Part shown: in pieces, positions 19,977-28,888 of the stretch
Layout of the letters: every line of letters starts with the position of its first letter
Numbering within the stretch: position 1 is the stretch's first letter
Virus record (IMG/VR): IMGVR_UViG_3300038468_000170
Location: 32,020-96,019 of that record
Length of the DNA: 64,000 nucleotides
Reading direction: 5' to 3' (one strand)
Origin: a virus
Program-made: the position numbers and the translations under genes
Notes under the pieces: generated by a model
Seen by the model: the letters and a program-made list of their open reading frames with translations, nothing else
The model's database searches: none
Told to the model about the DNA's origin: nothing

Positions 19977-21068
19977 TTACCTCTCGTTCATCCGGGCCAC
20001 GAGCCCCTTCACATTACGCATCTTCTCGAAGATCGAGTTCTTGTCTCGCTTGTCATATCGCGCGGTCGTCTCTGGCGACTCGTGCCCCATGAGTACTTGC
20101 ACCAGACGAATATCGAACCCTTCGTCGAGTAGCCGTGTCGCGAACGTTCTCCGAAAATCGTGCGGCCCAGTGACTACCTGAAGACAGCGACATCCCTTGT
20201 TACACTTCTTGCGGTCGCCAAATGCGAGATGAGACCCGTCTCGCACGAGCGCCCAGAAGCTCCATGGCGAGAGTTGCCTCTCTGGAAGTTCTGGGGAACA
20301 GAACACGGAGTCGTGCATCGGAGCGAGATCCGTACGCTTCTCGAGCCACTCCTCCATGGCCTCCTGAACCTCGGCGATGATGGGCACCTCGCGCTGCTTG
20401 TTGCCCTTGCCGATGATCGAGAGATTCTCCGGGCCAAAACCTTCGAGCGTCAGACGACCCACCTCTTCACGCCTGAGACCGGTACCGATCGACGTCGCCA
20501 CGGTGGCATCCAGAAGCGCGCCCCGATACCCGCTTAGATCACGCGCGACCTCGCGCAGACGCTTTTCCTCCGTCAGTGTGAGTGCGCGCCCTCGCGGCAC
20601 GCGAGACCCCGGGATCCGTTTCAGGACGCCCCTGGAATCGACGAGCTTGTACTGATCGCTCGTGATCATCTTCATGCCGTCCAACGTACGAATAAGTCCT
20701 CGCAAATGACTCAGCGTGAGGTTCGCTGTCCCGGGCGAGATCTCGCCGGCAAGTGTTGCGTCGTACAGCAATACTCGAATTCTGGTGGCGAGCGCGTAGT
20801 CGATGAGAGGCCACGGGAACAACTCCACGTTCCCGTTACCCCCCATCAGAAGCCGTGCGAGTCGCCGGAGCGCATCCAACGCCGTCTGCTTACTGCGAGG
20901 GGAGAGCTGCCCCCTGACGTACTCCCGAACGGCCTTTGCCCCGCGGTGAGCGGCTTCTTCTAGCGTCGACAGGTCCAAGCGCGCGTCGAAGCGTTCGACG
21001 AGTTCGATCGCCCCGCCGGGGGACAGGACGACGTCGTCGACCGGAGGTTTACCTACATCACCTGACAC
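19977..21068 (-). CDS. Tyrosine recombinase/integrase (XerC/D-like)
   Basis: Full catalytic set: GLRREE (R), GKGNK (K), HDFRRT (HxxR), MGHES (H), TTARYD (Y). Confidence 0.95.
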   Translation of the reverse strand: MSGDVGKPPVDDVVLSPGGAIELVERFDARLDLSTLEEAAHRGAKAVREYVRGQLSPRSKQTALDALRRLARLLMGGNGNVELFPWPLIDYALATRIRVLLYDATLAGEISPGTANLTLSHLRGLIRTLDGMKMITSDQYKLVDSRGVLKRIPGSRVPRGRALTLTEEKRLREVARDLSGYRGALLDATVATSIGTGLRREEVGRLTLEGFGPENLSIIGKGNKQREVPIIAEVQEAMEEWLEKRTDLAPMHDSVFCSPELPERQLSPWSFWALVRDGSHLAFGDRKKCNKGCRCLQVVTGPHDFRRTFATRLLDEGFDIRLVQVLMGHESPETTARYDKRDKNSIFEKMRNVKGLVARMNER

Positions 21069-21269
21069 GGCCCAATCTTAGTGTGCAAAGGTTGGCGGGT
21101 CAAGAGCGATCTGAGGCTCCCCCACACCCGTCGCGTGCACATCGCGACGCGCGCCATAGCCGGTTCGTCGGAGGGGTTTCGCGGGGAAAATGAGAGGTCC
21201 GCACAGGGCGAACGAAAGGACCCGTCCCTCAAGCAGACGAAGACAGGGTCCTCGGTGTACTCTTTCCCC

Positions 21270-22733
21270 ATGCCGAATCAGATCGTTCTCGCGTGGACCG
21301 TCGACACCACGAACACTCCTCTCGGCCCCGCCGGGGCAGCGACGGCCCTCGGAGCCGTACCACTCTACGTCGATACCACGACCGACCCAGTTCTCGGTCA
21401 ACTTTACGGGCTCACCGTCGCGAGCGACGTATCGGCGCCGTCCGGACCGACGCAAGCGACGCGCACGCTGACGCTCAACATAGACTCCGGACACGTTCCG
21501 GCAGCACCGCCGCCGTTTCCGTGTCACCCGCGCACTTCGACGCCGCCCGTCTTGCCGTATCCGCTTCGCGCCACGAAAACGCTCCCGGGATCGTTCTTCG
21601 TTCAAACCGGGTCGATGGTCGTAGCCGTTTCACAGACTCAGATCCCGTCGCTCTCTATCGGCGACAACATTCAGTTCCTCTCCGAGGAAGGAGTCTTCTA
21701 CGTGGTCGGGGCGGTTGGCTCGACGTCGATCGGAATCACGACGCCGTACACCGGCGTGTCGGCAAACACGAGCGCGTTCAAAGAGGTCGTTGCCCCCGCG
21801 AAGATCGCGGCAGTCTTCTCAACGTCGCCGCTCGACACCGCTGGAGTCGCGACCGTGCCAGCGATTCCGGTTGGCCCCGGTGCGCAATCAGTCACGCTGA
21901 CCTACAAAGACTCGAACGGCGTCTCCAACACGCTCGTCATTCCGCTGACCGGTAGACGCCCAGCACTTATCGCGCTCCCGACTGCTCCGGCCGCAGGCTT
22001 CGACATCGCCGAGATCGACAGCTTCACCGTCTCTGCTGCGGGTACTTTCGGAAGCAGCGTAGGACAGATCACGCTCGTTTCGCTCGAGAGCGCACTCCCG
22101 GCAATCCCGTCGAACGCAACTCCCACCGACTTCAAAGGGCCGCTCACCGACGAGGCACAGATGCTCATCGACCGAGCGCTCGTCTATTTGCCGCCGAGCT
22201 ACTTCTCGCTCGCTGGGCAACAAGCAAGCACGCCGCAACTTGCTGGAGACTTCATCGTCACGACCGGCTCGACGAGCGTGCCTACGACGGTCGACCAGAC
22301 CGGTGCACTCGCTCCAGGAGACATCATCCAGTTCGCTTCGCAACTCGACGTGTTCTACACCATCGCCACGGTGGCCCCGGGACTCGTGAAGCTCACGACG
22401 CCGTACACCGGCATCGACGACAACTTCACCGGAACAAACAATGAAGGGACCAACAGCAACCGAGGGACCATGGGTAACCTCGGAGACAAGGTCACCAAGA
22501 CGACGGGAGCGTTCCTCGTGAACCCGTCGCCGGCCGCTCCACCAAGCAACACCGAGCTCGCGGAGCCGCTCGGACAGTTCGTCGCGCTCGAGACGGCGGG
22601 ACCCCCTCCGAATCCGCCGCTCGATCCGGCGACGGTGCCGGTGCCGACATTCCTCTCCGGACTCTTCACGCGAACGCTTCAGGTCGCGCTCGCGGGGGTG
22701 CCGGTCGTGCCGCAGACCATCACGTTCGTCTGA
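21270..22733 (+). CDS. Beta-rich structural-type protein with two internal repeats
   Basis: Two copies of G.F.V.TGS...GD.IQF.S....FY....V....TTPYTG; Thr/Pro/Val-rich. Confidence 0.7.
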   Translation: MPNQIVLAWTVDTTNTPLGPAGAATALGAVPLYVDTTTDPVLGQLYGLTVASDVSAPSGPTQATRTLTLNIDSGHVPAAPPPFPCHPRTSTPPVLPYPLRATKTLPGSFFVQTGSMVVAVSQTQIPSLSIGDNIQFLSEEGVFYVVGAVGSTSIGITTPYTGVSANTSAFKEVVAPAKIAAVFSTSPLDTAGVATVPAIPVGPGAQSVTLTYKDSNGVSNTLVIPLTGRRPALIALPTAPAAGFDIAEIDSFTVSAAGTFGSSVGQITLVSLESALPAIPSNATPTDFKGPLTDEAQMLIDRALVYLPPSYFSLAGQQASTPQLAGDFIVTTGSTSVPTTVDQTGALAPGDIIQFASQLDVFYTIATVAPGLVKLTTPYTGIDDNFTGTNNEGTNSNRGTMGNLGDKVTKTTGAFLVNPSPAAPPSNTELAEPLGQFVALETAGPPPNPPLDPATVPVPTFLSGLFTRTLQVALAGVPVVPQTITFV

Positions 22734-22751
22734 CGTCTGACATACACAGGA

Positions 22752-23243
22752 CTACTTTCCTTCTCGCTCACCTAGCAGAGCTAGGATTGCATCTCGACAC
22801 GCCATCGCCATGGACTGATCTCGCGCGTACGTAGCGATCTCGTTTCGGTTGATCGCTTTCTCTCGGTCTAACTTCGCAAGCTGCGCGAAGTGATCACACA
22901 CGTTTGCGGCCGAACGAAATGCGGCATCTACTTTGGCAGCCATCGGCTCTTTCGTATGCGTGTGTGGCGCACCGATACGCTCCGACCTTCCGTCCGGCCG
23001 CGGGCCGTCGCCCTTCTCGCAAAGTTCGAAGAAGTGGCGAAGCCTCCGGACATCTAACGCCCCGCACTTTACCGCCTCTTCGAGAAGTAGTGCGACCCAG
23101 TGCTCCGCACCGGTCTGGAATTCGAGACTCGCACAAAGGTATCGGTAATCGACCTCGAGTCTGCCAGAGAACCATCGCGAGCTTTCAGACTCGCCAGGGA
23201 GGAACTGGATCCGGACCTGCGTGTGTTCTGTTCGATCGATCAT
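22752..23243 (-). CDS. Hypothetical protein
   Basis: ATGA-coupled start (MIDRTE) with GAGGAGG RBS. Confidence 0.55.
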   Translation of the reverse strand: MIDRTEHTQVRIQFLPGESESSRWFSGRLEVDYRYLCASLEFQTGAEHWVALLLEEAVKCGALDVRRLRHFFELCEKGDGPRPDGRSERIGAPHTHTKEPMAAKVDAAFRSAANVCDHFAQLAKLDREKAINRNEIATYARDQSMAMACRDAILALLGEREGK

Positions 23244-23446
23244 AGCGGATGGTCCTCCTCTCCCGGATCGGGCACTGGAAGTCCAGCTTGCAAAAGATTG
23301 TCTAGCACAGCGCCAGCCGCACCCAGACCGCCAGCGAACACGCACAACTCGATCGTGGGCGCCTCTTTGAGCACGGCTTCGGCAAGCGTATCTACTTCGG
23401 AACGAATCTTCTTGACGCAATCGTAAAACTCTTCGGCCTTTGACAT
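23240..23446 (-). CDS. Hypothetical protein
   Basis: AAGGA RBS; coupled to the downstream gene. Confidence 0.5.
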   Translation of the reverse strand: MSKAEEFYDCVKKIRSEVDTLAEAVLKEAPTIELCVFAGGLGAAGAVLDNLLQAGLPVPDPGEEDHPL

Positions 23447-23475
23447 TGGCTAGTTCCTTCCTATTTCCCTCCCGA

Positions 23476-24333
23476 TCAAGGAAGGGCATCTTGCATCCAC
23501 GGCTGCGGGAACAACCCCGGCCACCTCTCTACGCAGATCCGTTTCCACTTCCGAGCAAGCCGCAGGTACTCGAGATCGGCAGCCTCGTGATCACGCTCTC
23601 GGAACATCTTCGCAAGCGCGATCGGGTTCGTCGTCCAAATGAATGACGTCTCGCAGGCGTGCGACAGATACGGGCTCGCGCTCTCGAAGATACGTTTGCG
23701 AGCTATGCCCTTCGGCGCTTCACCGTGCATCGCGGTGTGCTCGACCGTACGGCGCGTGATGTAGTCGCGATACTCGGCGTAGTTGCGGATCATTGCACTC
23801 GCGAAACACATGAGCTCGTCTTGGTTGTCCAAGATCGCCGGATGCGCGACGTAACAGCCCGAGTGCTCCACGTACCGCGTCGACTCCTGAGACGGCGAGC
23901 CCTCTTCGGTCCGGTCGGCGCCAACGTAGTGCCGGATGAGCTCGTGCGACACACGCCGCGAGATACCGGCGATAAAGAAGCTCATCTTCGCGTGGTACAT
24001 GATGCTCGCGTGCGGGACGTCGCCTGACTGCGTGTTCGCGATGTACTCGGCGTTCGACTTCTTCCCCGCCTTGAGGCCGAAGCTGTCGTAGCACTTGCGA
24101 CCGGCGAGCTCGACGAGGAGTTCGTTATCCGTAATCACCCGCCCATTCTCTTCACGCGGATGCGGGAGAAGGGCGTCAAGACGCGCGGAAGCGAAGTCCG
24201 GCACGTACTCTTCCGGTACGCATTCGGGACGCCGAGAACGTACCCACTGAAGCATGTCGAAAACTCCGGACGGATCGATCGACATCTCCGCGATCACAGA
24301 GACAACAGGTTCTTCTTTGAGAATCTTCACCAT
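23476..24333 (-). CDS. thyX: FAD-dependent thymidylate synthase
   Basis: ELAGRKCYDSF, H.SI..H, ISRRVSHELIRH and SQESTRY motifs. Confidence 0.9.
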   Translation of the reverse strand: MVKILKEEPVVSVIAEMSIDPSGVFDMLQWVRSRRPECVPEEYVPDFASARLDALLPHPREENGRVITDNELLVELAGRKCYDSFGLKAGKKSNAEYIANTQSGDVPHASIMYHAKMSFFIAGISRRVSHELIRHYVGADRTEEGSPSQESTRYVEHSGCYVAHPAILDNQDELMCFASAMIRNYAEYRDYITRRTVEHTAMHGEAPKGIARKRIFESASPYLSHACETSFIWTTNPIALAKMFRERDHEAADLEYLRLARKWKRICVERWPGLFPQPWMQDALP

Positions 24334-24336
24334 GGT

Positions 24337-24876
24337 TCACGTTTTCCTTTCGAACTGCTTCCAGACGCGCGACGGCTGCGGTCCCCGCGAATACTCTTCG
24401 CAGTAGTTTCCGTCATAGAGCTCGACGTCACCCTGAATCGTGTGAAACCGGATCTGCGCGAACCGCATCCCTGCGTAAACCACGGTCGGGTACGTCGCGA
24501 GCACCTCGAGCGTGTACTGTCCGTCGAATCCCGGGTCTCCGTATCCGGCCGTCACGTGGACGAAGACACCGAGGCGACCAATCGAGCTTTTGCCGTCGAC
24601 GATCGGCACGAAGTGGTCCGTGCGGACGCGCTCGACCGTGTGCATCAAGTAGAGGCGTCCGGGGAACAGTACAAAGTCGTCGCTGATTTCGAATTGAGTA
24701 GTGGCTTGTGCACGAGCGCAATCGAGCCAAGGAGGTCCGCTGATCTCGTACATCACGACGGACCGACCAAGACGCAAGTCGTAGCTCGCCGGATTGACCT
24801 GAGCGTCGTCGAAGGACTCAATCAGGATGCGCCCTTCGACGAGCTGCTTTCGGATTTCCGGACCGGAGAGGATCAT
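24337..24876 (-). CDS. dcd: dCTP deaminase
   Basis: MILS, NPASYDLRL, GKSSIGRLG, TAGYGDPGFDGQYTLE and Y.G.Y motifs. Confidence 0.92.
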   Translation of the reverse strand: MILSGPEIRKQLVEGRILIESFDDAQVNPASYDLRLGRSVVMYEISGPPWLDCARAQATTQFEISDDFVLFPGRLYLMHTVERVRTDHFVPIVDGKSSIGRLGVFVHVTAGYGDPGFDGQYTLEVLATYPTVVYAGMRFAQIRFHTIQGDVELYDGNYCEEYSRGPQPSRVWKQFERKT

Positions 24877-25073
24877 GGCTTCTCTTGTTTCGGATCGTAG
24901 CGTCTGTTATTGAGCAAATTCCAGGCGGCTCTATCGTTGCTGTCTAAAAAACGCACCCAGACACGTCCATTTTTGTCCAATCCGTAAACGTTGGTGGGGG
25001 AGGTCGCAATCTGTACGAACGGAGGCGCAACCGACATATCGATCTTCGATTTCTTCTTACCGATTTTCGACAT
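24873..25073 (-). CDS. Hypothetical protein
   Basis: AAGGAG RBS; YGLDKNGRVW. Confidence 0.55.
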   Translation of the reverse strand: MSKIGKKKSKIDMSVAPPFVQIATSPTNVYGLDKNGRVWVRFLDSNDRAAWNLLNNRRYDPKQEKP

Positions 25074-25099
25074 AGAGATACTCCTTCGAATAGTGATTC

Positions 25100-25810
25100 T
25101 CAGTCTTCTTTCGTCTCCGCGACGAACGCGCGCACCTTCTGTTCGAGTTCCTCGAGCGTGCCGTTGTTCACGATGACCGCGTCGAATGCGCTGTCTAGGA
25201 TGCTCTCTTGTTCGGTCTCGCTCACGTGCCGTCCATCGATGCCGGCGCCTGAACGCACGATGCGCACGAGCTTCGCGCCGGCCCTGCGGAAAGCGTCGAC
25301 CTCATTCTTGAACCGAAGATCGGGAACGACGACGCTCCTTCCCGCGGCCATGTATAGCAGGCGCGTCAACCCGAAGTTGGCGCTATACGAGTAGTCACCT
25401 TCGGCGAGCTTCTTGGCGACACGGAGCGCGTAGTCGATCCACACGTTCGGGTAGCAGTTGCGGCCCCATTCCGTGCCAAGCTGTTGGAGCGCGTAGCGGG
25501 GCGTCAAGAAGCATACATCGCTGGCTGTACCAACGGCGGCGCTACGCATGCCGCAACACAGGCACGTGGCGTGACCATCGCCAATAGATCCCCAAGTGTG
25601 CCGACGCGGGTAACGTTCATCCGGCGCGTTCCGCATCTCACTCGGCCCCCAAAGTTGCTCCGCCGTGAAGTCGAACACGTCACGAGCCAATCTCTTGAGC
25701 GGGTCCGCGAGCGCGACTTTCACGAAGCGGTGATCGCGTACGAGAATGTCCGCGACCGTGTCCTTTCCGCTCCCGGCTACGCCGGAGATGCCTACGAGAA
25801 CGGCGTTCAT
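25100..25810 (-). CDS. Deoxynucleoside monophosphate kinase
   Basis: GISGVAGSGKDT, ADPLK, PR..LQ.LGTE.GR, DLRFKNE and H.SE motifs. Confidence 0.9.
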   Translation of the reverse strand: MNAVLVGISGVAGSGKDTVADILVRDHRFVKVALADPLKRLARDVFDFTAEQLWGPSEMRNAPDERYPRRHTWGSIGDGHATCLCCGMRSAAVGTASDVCFLTPRYALQQLGTEWGRNCYPNVWIDYALRVAKKLAEGDYSYSANFGLTRLLYMAAGRSVVVPDLRFKNEVDAFRRAGAKLVRIVRSGAGIDGRHVSETEQESILDSAFDAVIVNNGTLEELEQKVRAFVAETKED

Positions 25811-25965
25811 TGTAGCTTCCGTGCCTCCGCCACTGAGTAGTCGATCAAAGTTACGATCACGGACACAACCAGCATCACACTAACGTACTGCCAACCGTGA
25901 AAAAATGTCCACAAAGACAAGGCTGTCACAAGCTGCGCGAAGAGTATTCGAATCGCTTGTCTCAT
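25807..25965 (-). CDS. Small two-TM membrane protein
   Basis: MRQAIRIL...; hydrophobic; coupled at both ends. Confidence 0.5.
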   Translation of the reverse strand: MRQAIRILFAQLVTALSLWTFFHGWQYVSVMLVVSVIVTLIDYSVAEARKLQ

Positions 25966-26393
25966 CACCGTGGCCTCCCCGACCGCGCGAACTTCTCCTG
26001 CGCCTCGATGGCTAGGTCGAGGCACTCGAGCACGTCGAGACCGAGGTCGTCGATCCAGCGAATCGTCGAGAAGAGGACGTTGCCTAGCTCTTTCTTGAGC
26101 TCTATGGTCTGCAACGGTTCCGAACACTCACGAATGCGTCGGTAGCCCATACCCGCAGGCGGAAGCGGCCCGCTGTTCTCTCCTTCGATGATGGGCGGCC
26201 CGTACCACGGACCGTTGCCGTGGTCTCGAACGATGCGCGCGATGTTGCCGACGCTAACCATGAGCCGCACTGCGATCTCCGTTAACGACAACTCGGTGCC
26301 CCAGATTTGCCACCCTTGAACCCGAAGCGCCGAGAGCCCGGCGTGCACCTGCTCTCGAATTTGCGGGTGTATTCGCATGTCGACTTGCATCAC
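25965..26393 (-). CDS. MazG-like nucleotide pyrophosphohydrolase (divergent)
   Basis: LMVSVGNIAR...LKKELGNVLF...LGLD pattern; nucleotide-metabolism context. Confidence 0.55.
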   Translation of the reverse strand: MMQVDMRIHPQIREQVHAGLSALRVQGWQIWGTELSLTEIAVRLMVSVGNIARIVRDHGNGPWYGPPIIEGENSGPLPPAGMGYRRIRECSEPLQTIELKKELGNVLFSTIRWIDDLGLDVLECLDLAIEAQEKFARSGRPR

Positions 26394-26539
26394 TTCTGCT
26401 CCTTTTCCGGCGCGCTCTTCGTGATTCGCAACGACTCCAACGTCTTCTGCATTTCCCGAAAAGCTCGTTCAGCGGAAACTTCGAGCGCCTCGATCAGTTG
26501 TTCACGGGTCGTCTCGCCTTTGAAATACTGGTCGTTCAT
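26390..26539 (-). CDS. 49-aa internally deleted paralog of 27424..27726 (not in ORF track)
   Basis: MNDQYFKGETTREQLIEALEVSAERAFREMQKTLESLRITKSAPEKEQK; start and stop both overlap neighbouring genes. Confidence 0.6.
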   Translation of the reverse strand: MNDQYFKGETTREQLIEALEVSAERAFREMQKTLESLRITKSAPEKEQK

Positions 26540-26850
26540 TCGCGCACCTTGTTCGCATCGTGCCAGAGCTTCTTATCGAGCATGGCAGAACCGAGTTCGA
26601 CTAGTACATGTCCGAGGGCGATTGCTTGCCGACCAATTAGTTGGCCGGAAAATTCTGGATCCCCATAAGCATCGTACGAACGCGGAACCTCGAGATAGAT
26701 GACGCGCACGGCATGATCCTCCGTGTCAGCTACGCCCATCACACGGACGCCATGAAGCTCGGCGAGTTTGAAAATCTGTTTCATGTCTATCCGGTTAACT
26801 CCCAAGCCCCCAACCCCTTGGGGTCCGCCTGATTCCAGCCGGACCGTCAC
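26536..26850 (-). CDS. Hypothetical protein (start uncertain)
   Basis: Stop coupled to the next gene. Confidence 0.45.
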   Translation of the reverse strand: MTVRLESGGPQGVGGLGVNRIDMKQIFKLAELHGVRVMGVADTEDHAVRVIYLEVPRSYDAYGDPEFSGQLIGRQAIALGHVLVELGSAMLDKKLWHDANKVRE

Positions 26851-27114
26851 TTGATCCCCGGGTATATAAGGTCACGCATCTGCGCTTCCTTCTCGGCCTT
26901 TTCTCTCCGAACGGCTTCGTTCCACCGTAGTTTGAAAGCAAAGCCCCACGCAGCGAGCGCCGGAACCCCAATGAGCCCCCAGACAAGCCACCCAATGTGC
27001 TGTTCTGTCACTTTCTGAACTCCTATCCCGGCCCACGCTCCGAGAAACAGCGTGGCGCCGACTCGTCAGGGAAGAGCCGCTGGAAGTCGGGGAGGGATTC
27101 GGGGAATTCAAGTT

Positions 27115-27408
27115 TCACTGTGGATCACCGTCGTTGCGAACGTCCGCGTTTTTACCCGCCAACATCCCCTTCCACATCGTAACAGCTTTGCTCACGTTTC
27201 CCGGCGTTAGCGCGATTGCCAGTAGGCCGGCAACCCCCACGTGTGCTGCGGTGAAGTAGTGGCCGTCTTCGTCGTGGTACAAGGAGCGCATGGCGCCGCA
27301 TAGTATCCAAAAGCCGGTTCCGGCGGCGCCGCAAACCAGAACGAACAGCGTCAAGTCCGGCACGGACAAGTGTCGTCCTCTACGCATTGCCGTGCCCCAC
27401 AAGAGCAA
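27115..27408 (-). CDS. Hypothetical membrane protein (start uncertain)
   Basis: Two hydrophobic segments. Confidence 0.45.
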   Translation of the reverse strand: MLLWGTAMRRGRHLSVPDLTLFVLVCGAAGTGFWILCGAMRSLYHDEDGHYFTAAHVGVAGLLAIALTPGNVSKAVTMWKGMLAGKNADVRNDGDPQ

Positions 27409-27423
27409 TATCGACGTCTGTGT

Positions 27424-27726
27424 TCATTTTGGCTCCTTTTCCGGCGCTCTCTCGTGGTGTCGCAACGACTCCAACGTCTTCTGCATTTCCCGAAGAGCCC
27501 GTCCAGCGAGCTCGACAGCGGCGTCTCGTTCGGCGCGTAGTTTCTCTACTTCGCCTTTGAAATCGGGCGTCAGATCGGGGAACGTGAACACCTGATTGGG
27601 GCCTTCGTCAAGATACGCATCGAGCGCGTCCACGACGTCGTGCGCCTGTGCGTCTGTCATCACGGCCTTGAGCGTCTCGATCAGTTGCTCACGGGCCGTC
27701 TCGCCCCTGAAATACTGGTCGTTCAC
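27424..27726 (-). CDS. Hypothetical coiled-coil protein
   Basis: GTGA-coupled to the ParB-like gene; paralog at 26390..26539. Confidence 0.65.
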   Translation of the reverse strand: MNDQYFRGETAREQLIETLKAVMTDAQAHDVVDALDAYLDEGPNQVFTFPDLTPDFKGEVEKLRAERDAAVELAGRALREMQKTLESLRHHERAPEKEPK

Positions 27727-28580
27727 GACTTCTCCCGAACCTTCCTCCACTCCCCGGTTCGAATCTGCTTCAGTAGCGACGCAGGAACGTCGCTCCAGGC
27801 TTGGTCGATCCACGCCGCGATATCCGTAGCCACCGCGTCTTCGGCCTTCTTGCTGATGTGTCCGTTCCTCTGTCCGTTGACGATCTCGCGCGCCTTGCCC
27901 GCGTTCCCACGACGCTTCTTGCCCGGCGCCCGAGGGGCGTTCTCGACGAGCTCCGTGACCTTGCTCTTGGCTTCCTCCGGCTCGAGTTTCGAGAGCTTGT
28001 AGCCCTCGCTCGCGGTGATCTTGCCGGCCTCGACCGCGTTCCTCACCGCTGCCGGCGCATCGAGCAGCGACAGCAGGTTCTTCACCGAGGTCACACTGAT
28101 TCCGAACAGCACCGCGATCTCCGCCTCGTCCCGGCCGAGATCGAGGTAGCGCTGCGCCTTCTTCGCACGCCCGAGCGGCGTGTCGTCCTGGCGGTGCTCG
28201 TTCTCGCTGATAAGGATCCCCATCGCGCCGTGCGAATTCGTACGGCGGACCATCGCCGGGACCCTGATCGGCTCGAGACCTTTCTTCTTCAAGCGTCGGT
28301 TCGCCTCACGGGCGGCCTTCACGCGCTGCCTGCCGACGACCACCTCGATCTTGCCCGTCTCTTGGTTTCGGGCGACCGTGACAGGCTCGAGGACGCCCTG
28401 AGGCACGCCGTCAGGGGCGTGCAACATGTTCAAGACGAGCGACTCGCTCACCGGCAAGTGCACGCGCTCGTCGTAGAGCGGGGACTTCTCGTCCGTGACC
28501 AAGACGAGGTCATCAGGGTCGAACATGTAGGCGTCTCGTTTGCCCTTCGCATTGAGAGCGTCTCTGGATGCTTTCGGCAT
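27723..28580 (-). CDS. ParB-like partition/DNA-binding protein
   Basis: GVLEPV.V, VVVGRQR.KA and SENEHR motifs followed by an HTH; AAGGA RBS. Confidence 0.85.
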   Translation of the reverse strand: MPKASRDALNAKGKRDAYMFDPDDLVLVTDEKSPLYDERVHLPVSESLVLNMLHAPDGVPQGVLEPVTVARNQETGKIEVVVGRQRVKAAREANRRLKKKGLEPIRVPAMVRRTNSHGAMGILISENEHRQDDTPLGRAKKAQRYLDLGRDEAEIAVLFGISVTSVKNLLSLLDAPAAVRNAVEAGKITASEGYKLSKLEPEEAKSKVTELVENAPRAPGKKRRGNAGKAREIVNGQRNGHISKKAEDAVATDIAAWIDQAWSDVPASLLKQIRTGEWRKVREKS

Positions 28581-28693
28581 GGGGGTTTCCTTTCGATTTC
28601 CTTTCGTTCGGCCAAGCAAGGCCGGTAGCGCCTAAGGACTGGAGGGGGGATCAGTCGCGGCGCTACCGACCTTGCTGGGCCGTCGTAAAGAGG

Positions 28694-28843
28694 TCACTTT
28701 TTTGCCCATCGCGCCCGCGCAGCCTTCCGTGCGATGTCGGAGCGCTTCTTCGGCGAGAGCACTCGGGCCCGGGCCACGCCCCCCTTCGAGCCTCCGAGCT
28801 TGCCTAGAGCAACGGCGGCGGGATTCTTCTTGGGCTTGGCCAT
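28694..28843 (-). CDS. Small basic protein (KNPAAVALG.LGG.KGG family)
   Basis: MAKPKKNPAAVALGKLGGSKGG.AR...R..IARKAARARW. Confidence 0.75.
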   Translation of the reverse strand: MAKPKKNPAAVALGKLGGSKGGVARARVLSPKKRSDIARKAARARWAKK

Positions 28844-28888
28844 GGCCGGTCTATAGCAGCTCGTTCGTGCGCGGGCAAGCACTTTCAC

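Noticed and set aside
26390-27726. Diversity-generating retroelement TR/VR pair
   Set aside because: No reverse transcriptase in the window, differences are not adenine-specific, and one copy has a large deletion.
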